A program made the translations under genes and the position numbers. The notes under the pieces are model-generated. The model was not told the origin of the DNA. It saw only the letters and a program-made list of their open reading frames with translations, and searched no databases. A stretch of DNA of 63,391 nucleotides, the filler included, from Candidatus Fermentibacterota bacterium (GTDB lineage Bacteria; JAFGKV01): the NCBI GenBank assembly GCA_016928395.1. It is 6 parts of 6 records of this genome, joined end to end, with 100 filler letters (N's around TTAATTAATTAA, not from the genome) between each part and the next. Parts side by side here need not be neighbours in the genome. Positions count along the whole stretch, not along the records: positions 18,635 to 41,499 come from JAFGKV010000213.1; 5 more parts are not named here. The stretch is one strand, 5' to 3'. This document shows positions 31,991 to 41,599 of this stretch, in pieces (positions within the stretch are counted from its first letter, which is position 1; each line of letters opens with the position of its first letter).

Positions 31991-33083
31991 GTGTCTCGCC
32001 TCAGTCGTGCCGCGACCGCCATTGCGTTGGTGTGCGGGTGCGTACTGACCCTCGGTGAGGCGATTGCCCGTGTCGCCCACCTGCCAGGCGGGCGACTTCA
32101 GGATCCCGTGGTCTTCCGCTGCCCCGCTCTTCGGGATACCCGTTGGCATATCCGGTGGCATCCGGACTATCTCTGGACCCTGAAGCCCTCAGCTACACTC
32201 CGATCGTGGGATTCAGAACCACCCGGCACCGAACTATTGACCGATGAACGGGGATTTCGCTGTACCGCGTGGGCTCCGTCACCGGACAGGCCGCGGAGCG
32301 AGCGGTCGGGGGGGGAGAGAGATCCGTTGGGCGTTTGTCGGTGATTCCATGGTCTTCGCCGGCCAGGCCCGTACCGGCTGGGCATTCCCTGATGCCACGG
32401 TCGGGTACATTGCGGCACATCACCCTGATCTCCGCATGGTGGCCTTCAATTTGGGTGTTCCTGCCCATACCTCCTTCCAGACGCTTCGTGTACTGAAGGG
32501 AGAGTTCGCCAGGACCGATCCTGACATCGTTGTGTACTGGGGCGCGAGCAGTGACAATTCCCCAGCCAGCGGGTACAGCGACCGGGTCTTTGCGCTGCTC
32601 CACGGCGGGTCCATGTATGCGGTCCGCAGAGCTGTGGACCGCAGTGCCTTCATCCGCTGGACCAGAACGCTGCATGGCCCCGAGACCGAACCGGCCATCG
32701 TGCGCCCCCCGACGACTTCGCTTTCCTATCCCCGTAGAGTCGATCCTGATCACTATGAGCGCAATGTCCGCGAGATGGCCCGTTGGTGCTCGGCGCACGG
32801 CGCCCACTTCCTGGCTCTCACCAGGCAACACGCGAAGTCTGACCGTGGGCCAAAGCTCTACAACGAGAGACTCGAGCAGCTCGCCGGGGTAGGGCTACCG
32901 CTCCTCGATGTCAGGGACATGTATCCAACTGCTGCGCGGGATAGCCTCATGTCTGGTTACCCAGAGGACAAGGTGCACTTCAACGAGAAGGGCTACAGGC
33001 TGGTGGCGGAACGAACCGCGCGGCGTATCATGCAGGAGGGCTGGATCGACAGCCTGCGCGCCCGGTCTCTCCAGATGCCTTGA
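31991..33083 (+). pseudogene. SGNH/GDSL hydrolase split by a one-base frameshift at a G8 tract (32308-32315)
   Basis: 5' frame has the TM anchor, W..KP and TDERGFR; 3' frame has FVGDS, NLGVP and DKVH; deleting one base fuses them. Confidence 0.72.
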
Positions 33084-33236
33084 TCGCGGGATTCGGTGGG
33101 CTCCCGTCCACCGGTGCGGCGCACCGCAACGATCTGGCGTGTTCGCGAGAATACCGGCAGCTGGCGGTAGAAGGTCGGCATCGTCAATGATGATGCCGAG
33201 AGCAACTCCCTGATCCCGCGACCCCACTCCCGGGAG

Positions 33237-33707
33237 CTACTCGCCCCAAAGCCTCAGCTCTTTCTCATCCTGGACGGCGTTCTTCACTGGCCCACCGCAT
33301 GAGGGGCATTTCTCCGCGTACCAGGAAAACGGCTCGACGCACGCGGGGCATGACCAGCGGGCACGCTGCTCCTCGCACCAGGCCCTGCCTCCAATAACCG
33401 CGATCCGTTCGAGGTTGTGCACCACGATGGAGTGATGGGGGGCCTTATCATCCCGAAACGCGAGCAATGCCTTGCATGGATAGTCGCCGCATTCCGAGCA
33501 GAACTCCACGCCCTTTTCCCGGGCACAGGCTCGAAACGTGCAGTCCCGGCAGTACACTGCCAACACATCGGTCTTGCAACCGTCGCAGCGTAACTCCTCC
33601 TCGCTCCTCCCCCACTCCCTGGCCACATCGGCCACGGTGCCTCTCCGGTTGGCCGCCATGACCTCACAGGCGCCGCAGTAGAGCCCGCAGTATGCATCCG
33701 GTCTCAT
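33237..33707 (-). CDS. DUF3795-type Cys-rich protein
   Basis: AYCGLYCGAC, CDGC, C..RACA..KGVEFCSECGDYPC, C-terminal CPAC..CPSC. Confidence 0.85.
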   Translation of the reverse strand: MRPDAYCGLYCGACEVMAANRRGTVADVAREWGRSEEELRCDGCKTDVLAVYCRDCTFRACAREKGVEFCSECGDYPCKALLAFRDDKAPHHSIVVHNLERIAVIGGRAWCEEQRARWSCPACVEPFSWYAEKCPSCGGPVKNAVQDEKELRLWGE

Positions 33708-33743
33708 CGTGCCCTCCTGGCGGCGCGCAGACGCCGCGGATCC

Positions 33744-34850
33744 TCACCTCTCACGAATCCCAGGAGACGGCCGCCCTTCCGCCAGCTCCCGGATGATGTC
33801 GATGGCCTGCAGTACCTGCGCGCGGGATATGTCCAAATGCGTCACCGCCCGGACCCTGCTCTTCTCCATGTAGGAGACTCTCACGCTCTGCTGCAGAAGC
33901 CGATCATGGAAGATCTCGGCCGTCATCCCCAGGCCTGAGACATCGAAGAAAACCATGTTGGTCTCGACCGGTTCGACGGTGATGCCCCCTATGGACTGCA
34001 GGCCTTCCGCCAGAACGCTCGCATGTGCGTGATCCTCGGCCAGTCGTTCCACGTGATGATCCAGGGCATACAATGCTCCCGCGGCGATGATGCCCGCCTG
34101 ACGCATGCCTCCCCCAAATTGGAGCTTCCACCGCCATGCATCCCGGATAAACTCCTCTGAACCGGCCAGGGCGGCTCCTACCGGTGCGCCGAGCCCCTTG
34201 CTGAAGTCGATCCAGATCGAGTCGAAGTGTGCTGCCCATTCGCTGGCCGGTATGGCCGTCGCGACCACGGCATTGAGGAGCCGTGCGCCATCCATGTGGC
34301 AGGCCAGCCCGTGCCCGTGCGCCAGGTCGCATACCTCCTTCACCGTCGCAATCGGCCAGATGGTGCCTCCTCCCATGTTGGAGGTCTGCTCCACCAGAAC
34401 CACTCGCGACCTGGGGAAGTGATCATCCCCCACCGGCCGGATGGCATCAGCAACCTTCGCCGCGTCGAACACCCCTCGCCTCCCCTCCACCGTGTACGTG
34501 CTTGCGCCGCTCAGGGCCGCAGGCCCGCCTGTCTCGAAGTGGCGGGTATGGGCGGTGGTATCCATGATGATCTCATCTCCGGGCCGGCACCACACGCGAA
34601 ACGCAACCTGATTGCACATGGTGCCCGATGGCAGGAAGATGGCATCCTCCTTGCCCAGCAACTCCGCTACCCGTTCGGTAAGAAGGTTCACCGTCGGATC
34701 CGCCCGCTCCTTCTCGTCGCCGACCTCGGCCTGCGCCATGGCCTGACGCATACGCGCGGTCGGTCTCGTTACCGTGTCGCTGTAGAGGTCGATCGATACG
34801 GTGTGATTCATGTAGTCGCTCCCGCGTGAGGCACTCAGGCTATCCGCCAT
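33744..34850 (-). CDS. ltaE: Low-specificity L-threonine aldolase
   Basis: SDTVTRPT, PSGTMCN, HMDGARLLNA, FSKGLGAPVG, GGGMRQAG; start may be the second Met. Confidence 0.9.
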   Translation of the reverse strand: MADSLSASRGSDYMNHTVSIDLYSDTVTRPTARMRQAMAQAEVGDEKERADPTVNLLTERVAELLGKEDAIFLPSGTMCNQVAFRVWCRPGDEIIMDTTAHTRHFETGGPAALSGASTYTVEGRRGVFDAAKVADAIRPVGDDHFPRSRVVLVEQTSNMGGGTIWPIATVKEVCDLAHGHGLACHMDGARLLNAVVATAIPASEWAAHFDSIWIDFSKGLGAPVGAALAGSEEFIRDAWRWKLQFGGGMRQAGIIAAGALYALDHHVERLAEDHAHASVLAEGLQSIGGITVEPVETNMVFFDVSGLGMTAEIFHDRLLQQSVRVSYMEKSRVRAVTHLDISRAQVLQAIDIIRELAEGRPSPGIRER

Positions 34851-34969
34851 CCATTGAAGTTGCCGGAGGAATTATCCATCGTGGCCGCAGCAACTCAAAG
34901 TCCCTTTGCTCGCATCTGTTGCCACGACCCCATCCGCATTGCCGCTTCTCACCCGCGCTCAAGGCTGCT

Positions 34970-35010
34970 TCATATATAGGACTCGTCCTATATATGATCA
35001 GTCCTATATG
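34970..35010. promoter_or_regulatory. Perfect palindrome TCATATATAGGAC-TC-GTCCTATATATGA plus a third half-site; putative operator
   Basis: 13-bp arms at 34970-34997 and GTCCTATAT repeated at 35001; about 120 nt upstream of ltaE. Confidence 0.55.
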
Positions 35011-35049
35011 CCGTATCAGCTTCCTTGCTCGAAGAATCATGGCGGGCGG

Positions 35050-36039
35050 CTACTTTGTCTCGTAACCCCGGAGGCTGAAGATGACCTTGCTGCCGTCGCG
35101 CTCAAGATGAAAGGGCAGTTCCCGCAGTTCAGGCAGTGCCTGCCGCACCTGGTCCTGGAGCGGCCCCGGCACATAGAGCAACAAGAACCCGCCTCCGCCG
35201 GCCCCGGCGATCTTCCCACCCACAGCGCCGGCTTTCATCGCACGTTGTACGAGCTGGTCAAGACTGGAGTCAGTGATGCCTGAGGCGAGCGCGCGCTTTA
35301 CATCCCAGCTCTCCCTCAGCGCCCAACCGACCGCGTCGGCCTCACCTCTCTCAAGACTCTCCGCCAGTTCCAGCGCGATCGCCTTGAGCCTGTCAAGTAG
35401 ACCCTTGTTGGCATTCACCCTTGCCTTCTGCTCCTCAAGGATCGATGCGGATGAGCGCGTGCGCCCCGTATAGAACAGCAGCAGGTTTCCACCCAATTTC
35501 CGCCTTAGGGATTCACTCATGCCCAGCCGGCGTGCACTGACCGCTCCGCCCGGCTCAAACACCACGAGTCGTAGGTGCCCAAAGGCCGCGATATACTGGT
35601 CTTGAACGCCTATGGGCTTCTGTGCTCTGTCAATCTCGATCTCACATGCTTCCCGAGCCAGACGCTCCGCGTCGACCAGAGTGCCGCGATAGGCATGGCA
35701 TGCATGAAGCAAACCGACGGTTACGCTGCTGGACGACCCAAGACCGCTTCCCTGGGATGGGATATCCGCCAGCGTCGTGATCTCTACGCCGTGGGATATG
35801 CCAGTCATCTCCATGGCGCCCCGCACCAGCTCATGTTGCACATCCCCCACAGTCTCGCGAATCTCCTTCTTGGAGTAGTTGACGATGATGAGCTCATCGA
35901 ACCTCTCCTTGATGATCACGTAGACATACTTGTCGATTGCAGAACTGACCACCGCTCCCCCATGTTGCAGGTAGTGATCTCGAAAATCGGTTCCGCCTCC
36001 GGCGAGACTGATCCGCAACGGGGTCTGCGTTATGATCAT
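35050..36039 (-). CDS. GHMP sugar kinase (HddA/heptose-7-phosphate kinase-like)
   Basis: MIITQTPLRISLAGGGTD, GSGLGSSS, PIGVQDQY, GAGGGGF; ATGA overlap with the upstream stop. Confidence 0.88.
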   Translation of the reverse strand: MIITQTPLRISLAGGGTDFRDHYLQHGGAVVSSAIDKYVYVIIKERFDELIIVNYSKKEIRETVGDVQHELVRGAMEMTGISHGVEITTLADIPSQGSGLGSSSSVTVGLLHACHAYRGTLVDAERLAREACEIEIDRAQKPIGVQDQYIAAFGHLRLVVFEPGGAVSARRLGMSESLRRKLGGNLLLFYTGRTRSSASILEEQKARVNANKGLLDRLKAIALELAESLERGEADAVGWALRESWDVKRALASGITDSSLDQLVQRAMKAGAVGGKIAGAGGGGFLLLYVPGPLQDQVRQALPELRELPFHLERDGSKVIFSLRGYETK

Positions 36040-37289
36040 GGCGCGAATGTCTCCAATCTGAATTGGGCGTTCTTGAGGGCCGTCTCCGGCCCGACCTTTC
36101 CTGCAAGCACTTCTTGAAGTGCATCGATGATCGCGTTGGATGCCGCGCTCCATCCCCTACCGCCGGGAACTGAGCGGCAATGACCTAATGACCACGCCAC
36201 AGCCGACCCCAGTTCCTCTTCGACCCAGGCGACCCCCTCCGAAATCGTCGGTAGCCAGCCGTGATCGATAAGCTTCTGACGCTGGTGGGAACCTGAGAAG
36301 AGCGTCGCCAGAAGAGGGGCCGCGACGGCTGTCCTCTGGATGTCCGAGGTAGTGAACCCGAAGGCCCACCCATCCGCACACGTGACGATGCGTCCCCCGT
36401 CCAGCACAGGCAGCGGCGCCTGCGCAATCGTCGCTGCAAAGGCACTGTTGTCCCGTATCATCGAGATCTCCCATGAACCGCCCTCCGCCATGGCGAACCG
36501 GCCGGATACGACACCTTGGTACACATCTGCCTGTTCCAGAGTGTGCAGATCCGGTGGGGCAACCTCGAGGGAGTCCACCAGCGCCGCGTAGATACCCATG
36601 GCTCGAGCTATCGCCGGTTGGTCGACGACCCATCTGTCAGCGAGGGGCAGCTCTGCTCCCAAGGCCCATGCCCAAGGAAGGAACTGGGCCACTGTGCTCT
36701 GCGAGCGCGCCCCGGGTGCTGCGAATCCCCAGACATCAACGGAACCATCACCATTAGCGTCGTTAGTAAGCGCTTGGGCAAGGGTGATGAACTCGTCGTA
36801 CGTCCAGCCGGTCTGAGGCGCAGGAAGACCCGTGGAGTCAACGAGATCGGTTCGATAGTGAATCAACCGGACATCCATGTCATACGGTACGGCCCACACA
36901 CGCCCGTTGCTGCTCACCACAGGCACTAGGATGCCAAGGCAATTCTCCTTCACCGCCTCTGCCAACTCAGGAGGCAGTGGCGTGAGAATCCCCCGGGAAA
37001 CCAAATCCATAGTCCACGCCGTCTTGAACATGATGATATCCGGAAGGTGGCCCTCCTTTGCCATCAGGAGGAGCTTCTCCAGGAGCAGATTCGCCTTGCC
37101 AGGGCCAAAGCGGAGGGACAGCGCGGGGTATTTCGCACGATACTCATCAAACACGCGTTGTATGGAAGGATGCGAGGCGTCCGGGGAAAACCACGGGGGC
37201 AGCATCACCTCGAGTTCCCCTGAGTGCCGCCCGCAGCCTGCTGCCACGCAGGCCAAGACGAACGCAACAATACCGATGCGCATCACCAA
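36036..37289 (-). CDS. Sugar ABC transporter substrate-binding lipoprotein
   Basis: Lipobox VAAGC, AVPY..IHYRTDL, WTYDEF, SGRFAM..GSW. Confidence 0.87.
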   Translation of the reverse strand: MVMRIGIVAFVLACVAAGCGRHSGELEVMLPPWFSPDASHPSIQRVFDEYRAKYPALSLRFGPGKANLLLEKLLLMAKEGHLPDIIMFKTAWTMDLVSRGILTPLPPELAEAVKENCLGILVPVVSSNGRVWAVPYDMDVRLIHYRTDLVDSTGLPAPQTGWTYDEFITLAQALTNDANGDGSVDVWGFAAPGARSQSTVAQFLPWAWALGAELPLADRWVVDQPAIARAMGIYAALVDSLEVAPPDLHTLEQADVYQGVVSGRFAMAEGGSWEISMIRDNSAFAATIAQAPLPVLDGGRIVTCADGWAFGFTTSDIQRTAVAAPLLATLFSGSHQRQKLIDHGWLPTISEGVAWVEEELGSAVAWSLGHCRSVPGGRGWSAASNAIIDALQEVLAGKVGPETALKNAQFRLETFAP

Positions 37290-38137
37290 TGTAGTTTCCT
37301 CTCGGAGGAGTGTCCGCGGGCCAGTGGGGCCAGCGCCGCGACAAGCATTCGGGGAAACACCAGAAGGAGCGGGAGGCTCACCACAAGGGTGAACGCCATC
37401 AATGGCCCCGGTTCAACGGCGTATCCCGACAGGAACCGATCAATGCCCAACGACACGGTCATGCGCCGCTGGCTGCTCATGAAAAGGAGGGGAAGTAAGA
37501 AGCTGTTCCAGGCTGACGCAAATTCAAGTAGGAACGCCGCAGCGATGCCGGGCGCGGAAAGGGGCAGAGTCACCCGCAGTGCTACCTGCCAGGGAGAGAA
37601 TCCATCCAACAGTGCCGCCTGCTCCAGACTCCTTGGCACCCCATCGATGGCTGCCTTCATGAGCCACACGGACAGAAGCACGCCGCCACCTCGTACAAGG
37701 GCAACGGCTACGGGATTGTCGAGCAGGCCCGCCATGCTCACCAGGTGATAGTATGCCGCCATGGCCGGCATCTTGGGCTGCATCCGGACCATGAGAAGCG
37801 CCGAGAGGACAACCGGCTTCCATCGCGACCTGGATCGTGCCAGCACATAGGCGGCGGGAAATCCCAGCACCGTGCCCATGAGCGCGGAGAGGCAGGCGAC
37901 GGACGCGCTGTTCGCGAAACAGGTAAGAGCCCGGCCACGTTCGATTGCCACGCGCAGGTTGTCCAAGGAGATGACGCGCGGGTAGGCGATGGGCCCCAAA
38001 AAGGCGGGTTCACCCCGGGGGGATAGTGCCACCGCCATGGCGACCGCCACCGGGAAAACCAGGTACACGAAAACCACGATGAGACCGATGGTCCACATCA
38101 GGCGACGTGCCCTCATGCTGCCGCGGCCCCGGCCCAT
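37283..38137 (-). CDS. Carbohydrate ABC transporter permease (MalG-like)
   Basis: FANS, AAYVLAR, EAA loop PRSLEQAALLDG, WNSFLLPL. Confidence 0.88.
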   Translation of the reverse strand: MGRGRGSMRARRLMWTIGLIVVFVYLVFPVAVAMAVALSPRGEPAFLGPIAYPRVISLDNLRVAIERGRALTCFANSASVACLSALMGTVLGFPAAYVLARSRSRWKPVVLSALLMVRMQPKMPAMAAYYHLVSMAGLLDNPVAVALVRGGGVLLSVWLMKAAIDGVPRSLEQAALLDGFSPWQVALRVTLPLSAPGIAAAFLLEFASAWNSFLLPLLFMSSQRRMTVSLGIDRFLSGYAVEPGPLMAFTLVVSLPLLLVFPRMLVAALAPLARGHSSERKLHW

Positions 38138-38961
38138 CGCAGACGCCAGACAACGATGCCAACCAAGACGAACGCTGCCAGCACCACGCTGCCGCCTGCA
38201 GCGGCGATGGCGGGCGTCGGATCGATGAGGAGTCGTTCCAGCAGGTAGGTGCTGGCCATGGTCGTCGTATGCATGGGGCCGCCCATGGTGAGCCTGGCAG
38301 GAAGGGCGAACTGCCCCGCCGACCGCATGGCCACCGCCACGAAACCGGCTGCCAACGCGGGCGTGAGCAGGGGAAGTTCAAGACAGACCAGTGTTCTACA
38401 GGATCCGAGACCGCTCACCGACGCGGCCCGATAGAGGTTGCGCGGTATCGCTGACAGCGCACCCAACAGAAACAGAGTGGTAAAACCGATACCCTGCCAC
38501 GTGGCCACAATGACGAGAGCAGGCAGGGCGGTCCTTGACCCCGCCAGAAGCCGCAACGAGGGCAGCCCCAGCGTGTGAACCCAACGGTCAAGGTGTCCCA
38601 CATCCGCCATCAGGATGCCTCGCCAGAGCACGACCGACGCCATCTCCGACATGAGCCACGGGGCCAGCAAGACCATAAACCACCAGGTCTGAGCCTTCCG
38701 CGAAAGATGGCTGATCGCCCTGGCCAGAGCCAGCCCCACCGCGATTTGAAACACCGCACTCCCCAAGGAGAACAGCGCGGTATTGAGAAGAGATCGAGCA
38801 AATACGGAATCCCGAAGGATAACGCGGTACGCACCTGCATGCGAGCCCCGAACGGGCGAGAAGCTCATGGCAATCACGTACAACGACGGCAGGACATCGG
38901 TGATTGCCACCAAAGCCAGGGCGCCCAATGCGAGGGCATACAATCGCCTGTCGCCCCTCAT
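38113..38961 (-). CDS. Carbohydrate ABC transporter permease (MalF-like)
   Basis: SLLNT, LLAPW, IPRNLYRAASVSG, TMGGP. Confidence 0.85.
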   Translation of the reverse strand: MRGDRRLYALALGALALVAITDVLPSLYVIAMSFSPVRGSHAGAYRVILRDSVFARSLLNTALFSLGSAVFQIAVGLALARAISHLSRKAQTWWFMVLLAPWLMSEMASVVLWRGILMADVGHLDRWVHTLGLPSLRLLAGSRTALPALVIVATWQGIGFTTLFLLGALSAIPRNLYRAASVSGLGSCRTLVCLELPLLTPALAAGFVAVAMRSAGQFALPARLTMGGPMHTTTMASTYLLERLLIDPTPAIAAAGGSVVLAAFVLVGIVVWRLRWAGAAAA

Positions 38962-39986
38962 GCCAGGCGTCTTCCCGAAACCTGGTCAAACACGTGGAGC
39001 CTGCCGTGGGGCAGTGAGAGCCGGTAGCCCTCGCCCTCCAGGGGCTTTCCCCGCTTCAAACGAGCAGTAAGCCGCACGGTCGATGTCTGGAACATCAGCA
39101 CTTGCTCGTGTCCCTGAATCTGGCGGGACACCAGGTGCGCGGGGCCTCCCGGCTCGACATGCACATCTTCGGGACGGAATCCGATAACCACGGGGCCAGC
39201 TCCAAAGGACTCCAGGTCGGGCAGGACGATTCCCAGATCCTTGGGCATATCCTCGCGCCGAATCAGGTTCATCGGGGGAAACCCCACGAAACCCGCCACG
39301 AACAGATCCGCAGGCTCGTCATAGATCTCGCCTGGCGTACCCACCTGCCTGATTCGCCCATCGCACACGACAACGACCTTGGTTCCCATGGTGAGTGCTT
39401 CGCTTTGGTCGTGGGTCACATGGATGAACGGGGCGCCGACACGCTCGTGAATATCCAAGACTTCCTGACCCATTCGGTGGCGAAGGGCCGGATCCAGCGA
39501 TGCGAAGGGCTCGTCAAGCACATAGAGATCGGGTTCCCGTACGAGCGCACGGGCGATAGCCACCCGTTGCCGTTCCCCGCCGGACATTGCGGCGGGCCTT
39601 CGAGCCACGATCTGCTCGATACCCATCAGTTCGGCGATTCGTTGCACCCGTCTGTCGCGATCGTCGCGCGAAAGCCGCGCGGCTTTCAGGGGCAACTCGA
39701 TGTTTTGACGACCCGTGAGGTGGGGAAAGAGCGCGCCATCCTGAAAGACCATGGAGATTCGGCGTTTCCCGGGTGGAAGCTTCTCGATTCTCCTGCCTCC
39801 CAGCCCAATGGCGCCTCGCACAAGTGGAACAAGACCGCACAGCGCCAACAGGAGCGTTGTCTTCCCACTTCCCGATGGCCCAAGGATCACCACCCGATCA
39901 TCCCGTTGCGCACACAAGCAGAACCCATCGAGGGCGGGTGTGTCCCCATAGGTGACCGTCAGGTCCCTAATGTCAATATAGGACAC
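38958..39986 (-). CDS. Sugar ABC transporter ATP-binding protein (MalK-like)
   Basis: GPSGSGKTT, MVFQ..ALFPH, MSGGERQRVA, LDEP, VTHDQ, GFRPED. Confidence 0.93.
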   Translation of the reverse strand: MSYIDIRDLTVTYGDTPALDGFCLCAQRDDRVVILGPSGSGKTTLLLALCGLVPLVRGAIGLGGRRIEKLPPGKRRISMVFQDGALFPHLTGRQNIELPLKAARLSRDDRDRRVQRIAELMGIEQIVARRPAAMSGGERQRVAIARALVREPDLYVLDEPFASLDPALRHRMGQEVLDIHERVGAPFIHVTHDQSEALTMGTKVVVVCDGRIRQVGTPGEIYDEPADLFVAGFVGFPPMNLIRREDMPKDLGIVLPDLESFGAGPVVIGFRPEDVHVEPGGPAHLVSRQIQGHEQVLMFQTSTVRLTARLKRGKPLEGEGYRLSLPHGRLHVFDQVSGRRLA

Positions 39987-40086
39987 TATGCGAGGCTCCC
40001 TTCGTCAAGACAGTTGACACTCAGGCCAGCGACATGCAAGAATGACGCCCCGGATGTGGTTTTCGGCAACTCGAAGGAGGTAGAAG

Positions 40087-41466
40087 ATGCATCATCGCGT
40101 CGTCGTCGTCATCCTTATGCTTTCTCTCGGCATCGGAGCGGCGTGGGGCTCTGGTTTTGAGATTCCGGAGGTGGGCTCGCGCGCCATGTCGGTGGCCGTG
40201 GCCTTCACAGGCCTCGCCGATGACCCCAGTGCCGTATGGTTCAATCCCGCAGGCATCACATTCCTCAAGGGTCATCAGAGCACGGTCGGGTTCACCGCGA
40301 TATCCGTACCGGGCACCAAGTTCACGGGCACGAATTCCGGAAGTCTCACCGCAGAGGTGAGCGAAGAAGCCAAGGACGACATCTTCATGCCGGTGCACAT
40401 GTACTTCGTCAGCGACCTCGGCATGGAGAAGCTGCGCCTGGGTCTGGGAATCAACTCGCCTTTCGGCTTGGCCAAGCGCTGGCCCGCCGGTTCCACCTTC
40501 GCCAGCGATGTCATGGTCATGGGCTTGAGCCCCTTGTTTGTGAATCCCAACATCGCCTATCAGGTCATGCCATGCATGTCGGTAGCCGCAGGATTTACCT
40601 TCGCCAGGGCAAACGTGTCTCTTATGAAGGCGCCCTATAACTACTATGTCGACCTTGATGGCAACCCGACCCAGTTCGAGGGTGACAAGCTGTTTACACT
40701 CGATATGGAGGGCTCGGGTACCGGTATGGGATTCAACGGCGCCCTCATGGGCCGTCTAATGGAAGAGAAACTCGGTATCGGCGTGAGTTACCGCAGTGAG
40801 ATCGAGATCGATTTCGAGGGAGATGCCAGCTTCGCCAACATCAGCAGGGGAACACTCCCCTACGATGCCAATGGCGATGGCACTCCTGATGCATTCCTGC
40901 CTGTCTCCAGGATGCTCTTCGGCTCGGAGACACCCATCAGCAACGCCATGGATGAGGGATCGACGACCCTTACCCTGCCCGCGACCCTGAAGCTCGGTGT
41001 CTCGTACAAGGTCATGCCGTCTCTCACCCTCACCGCCGACTATGATATAACCATGTGGTCAAGCTATGACACGCTCTCCGTGGTCTTTGACACGTTTACC
41101 GCGCTGAACAAACCGCAGGCGAAAGACTGGGAGGACACCCAGGCGATACGAGTCGGTGCCCTGTACAAGTTCGCCCCGTGGCTGGAACTGGGCGCAGGAT
41201 TCCTGACCGACAAGAATCCCATTCCTGACTCAACCATCGGCGCCGAACTGCCCGACACCGACCGAACCGGTATCACTTTGGGCGCGACCATCGGCCAGGG
41301 CCCGTCGTCATTGAGCATCGGCTTCCTGCACCTCATGATGGATGACCGCGATGTGGACAATCTTGTCATGCCCAGCGCGGCCACAGGAGGCTCGGCATCC
41401 TACCAGACGGGAACCTTCGAGAACTCCGCGACGCTGTTCGGGGTTACCCTCTCCCACGCCTTCTAA
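40087..41466 (+). CDS. OmpP1/FadL-family outer-membrane transporter
   Basis: Signal peptide, GF...DDPSAVWFNPAG hatch, SPFGL, LPDTDR, C-terminal Phe. Confidence 0.9.
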   Translation: MHHRVVVVILMLSLGIGAAWGSGFEIPEVGSRAMSVAVAFTGLADDPSAVWFNPAGITFLKGHQSTVGFTAISVPGTKFTGTNSGSLTAEVSEEAKDDIFMPVHMYFVSDLGMEKLRLGLGINSPFGLAKRWPAGSTFASDVMVMGLSPLFVNPNIAYQVMPCMSVAAGFTFARANVSLMKAPYNYYVDLDGNPTQFEGDKLFTLDMEGSGTGMGFNGALMGRLMEEKLGIGVSYRSEIEIDFEGDASFANISRGTLPYDANGDGTPDAFLPVSRMLFGSETPISNAMDEGSTTLTLPATLKLGVSYKVMPSLTLTADYDITMWSSYDTLSVVFDTFTALNKPQAKDWEDTQAIRVGALYKFAPWLELGAGFLTDKNPIPDSTIGAELPDTDRTGITLGATIGQGPSSLSIGFLHLMMDDRDVDNLVMPSAATGGSASYQTGTFENSATLFGVTLSHAF

Positions 41467-41499
41467 GCGAATCATCCTGCGCTTCTGACGGCCCCGGCC

Positions 41500-41599
41500 N
41501 NNNNNNNNNNNNNNNNNNNNNNNNNNNNNNNNNNNNNNNNNNNTTAATTAATTAANNNNNNNNNNNNNNNNNNNNNNNNNNNNNNNNNNNNNNNNNNNN
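41500..41599. other. Artificial contig spacer
   Basis: N run with TTAATTAATTAA. Confidence 0.99.
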
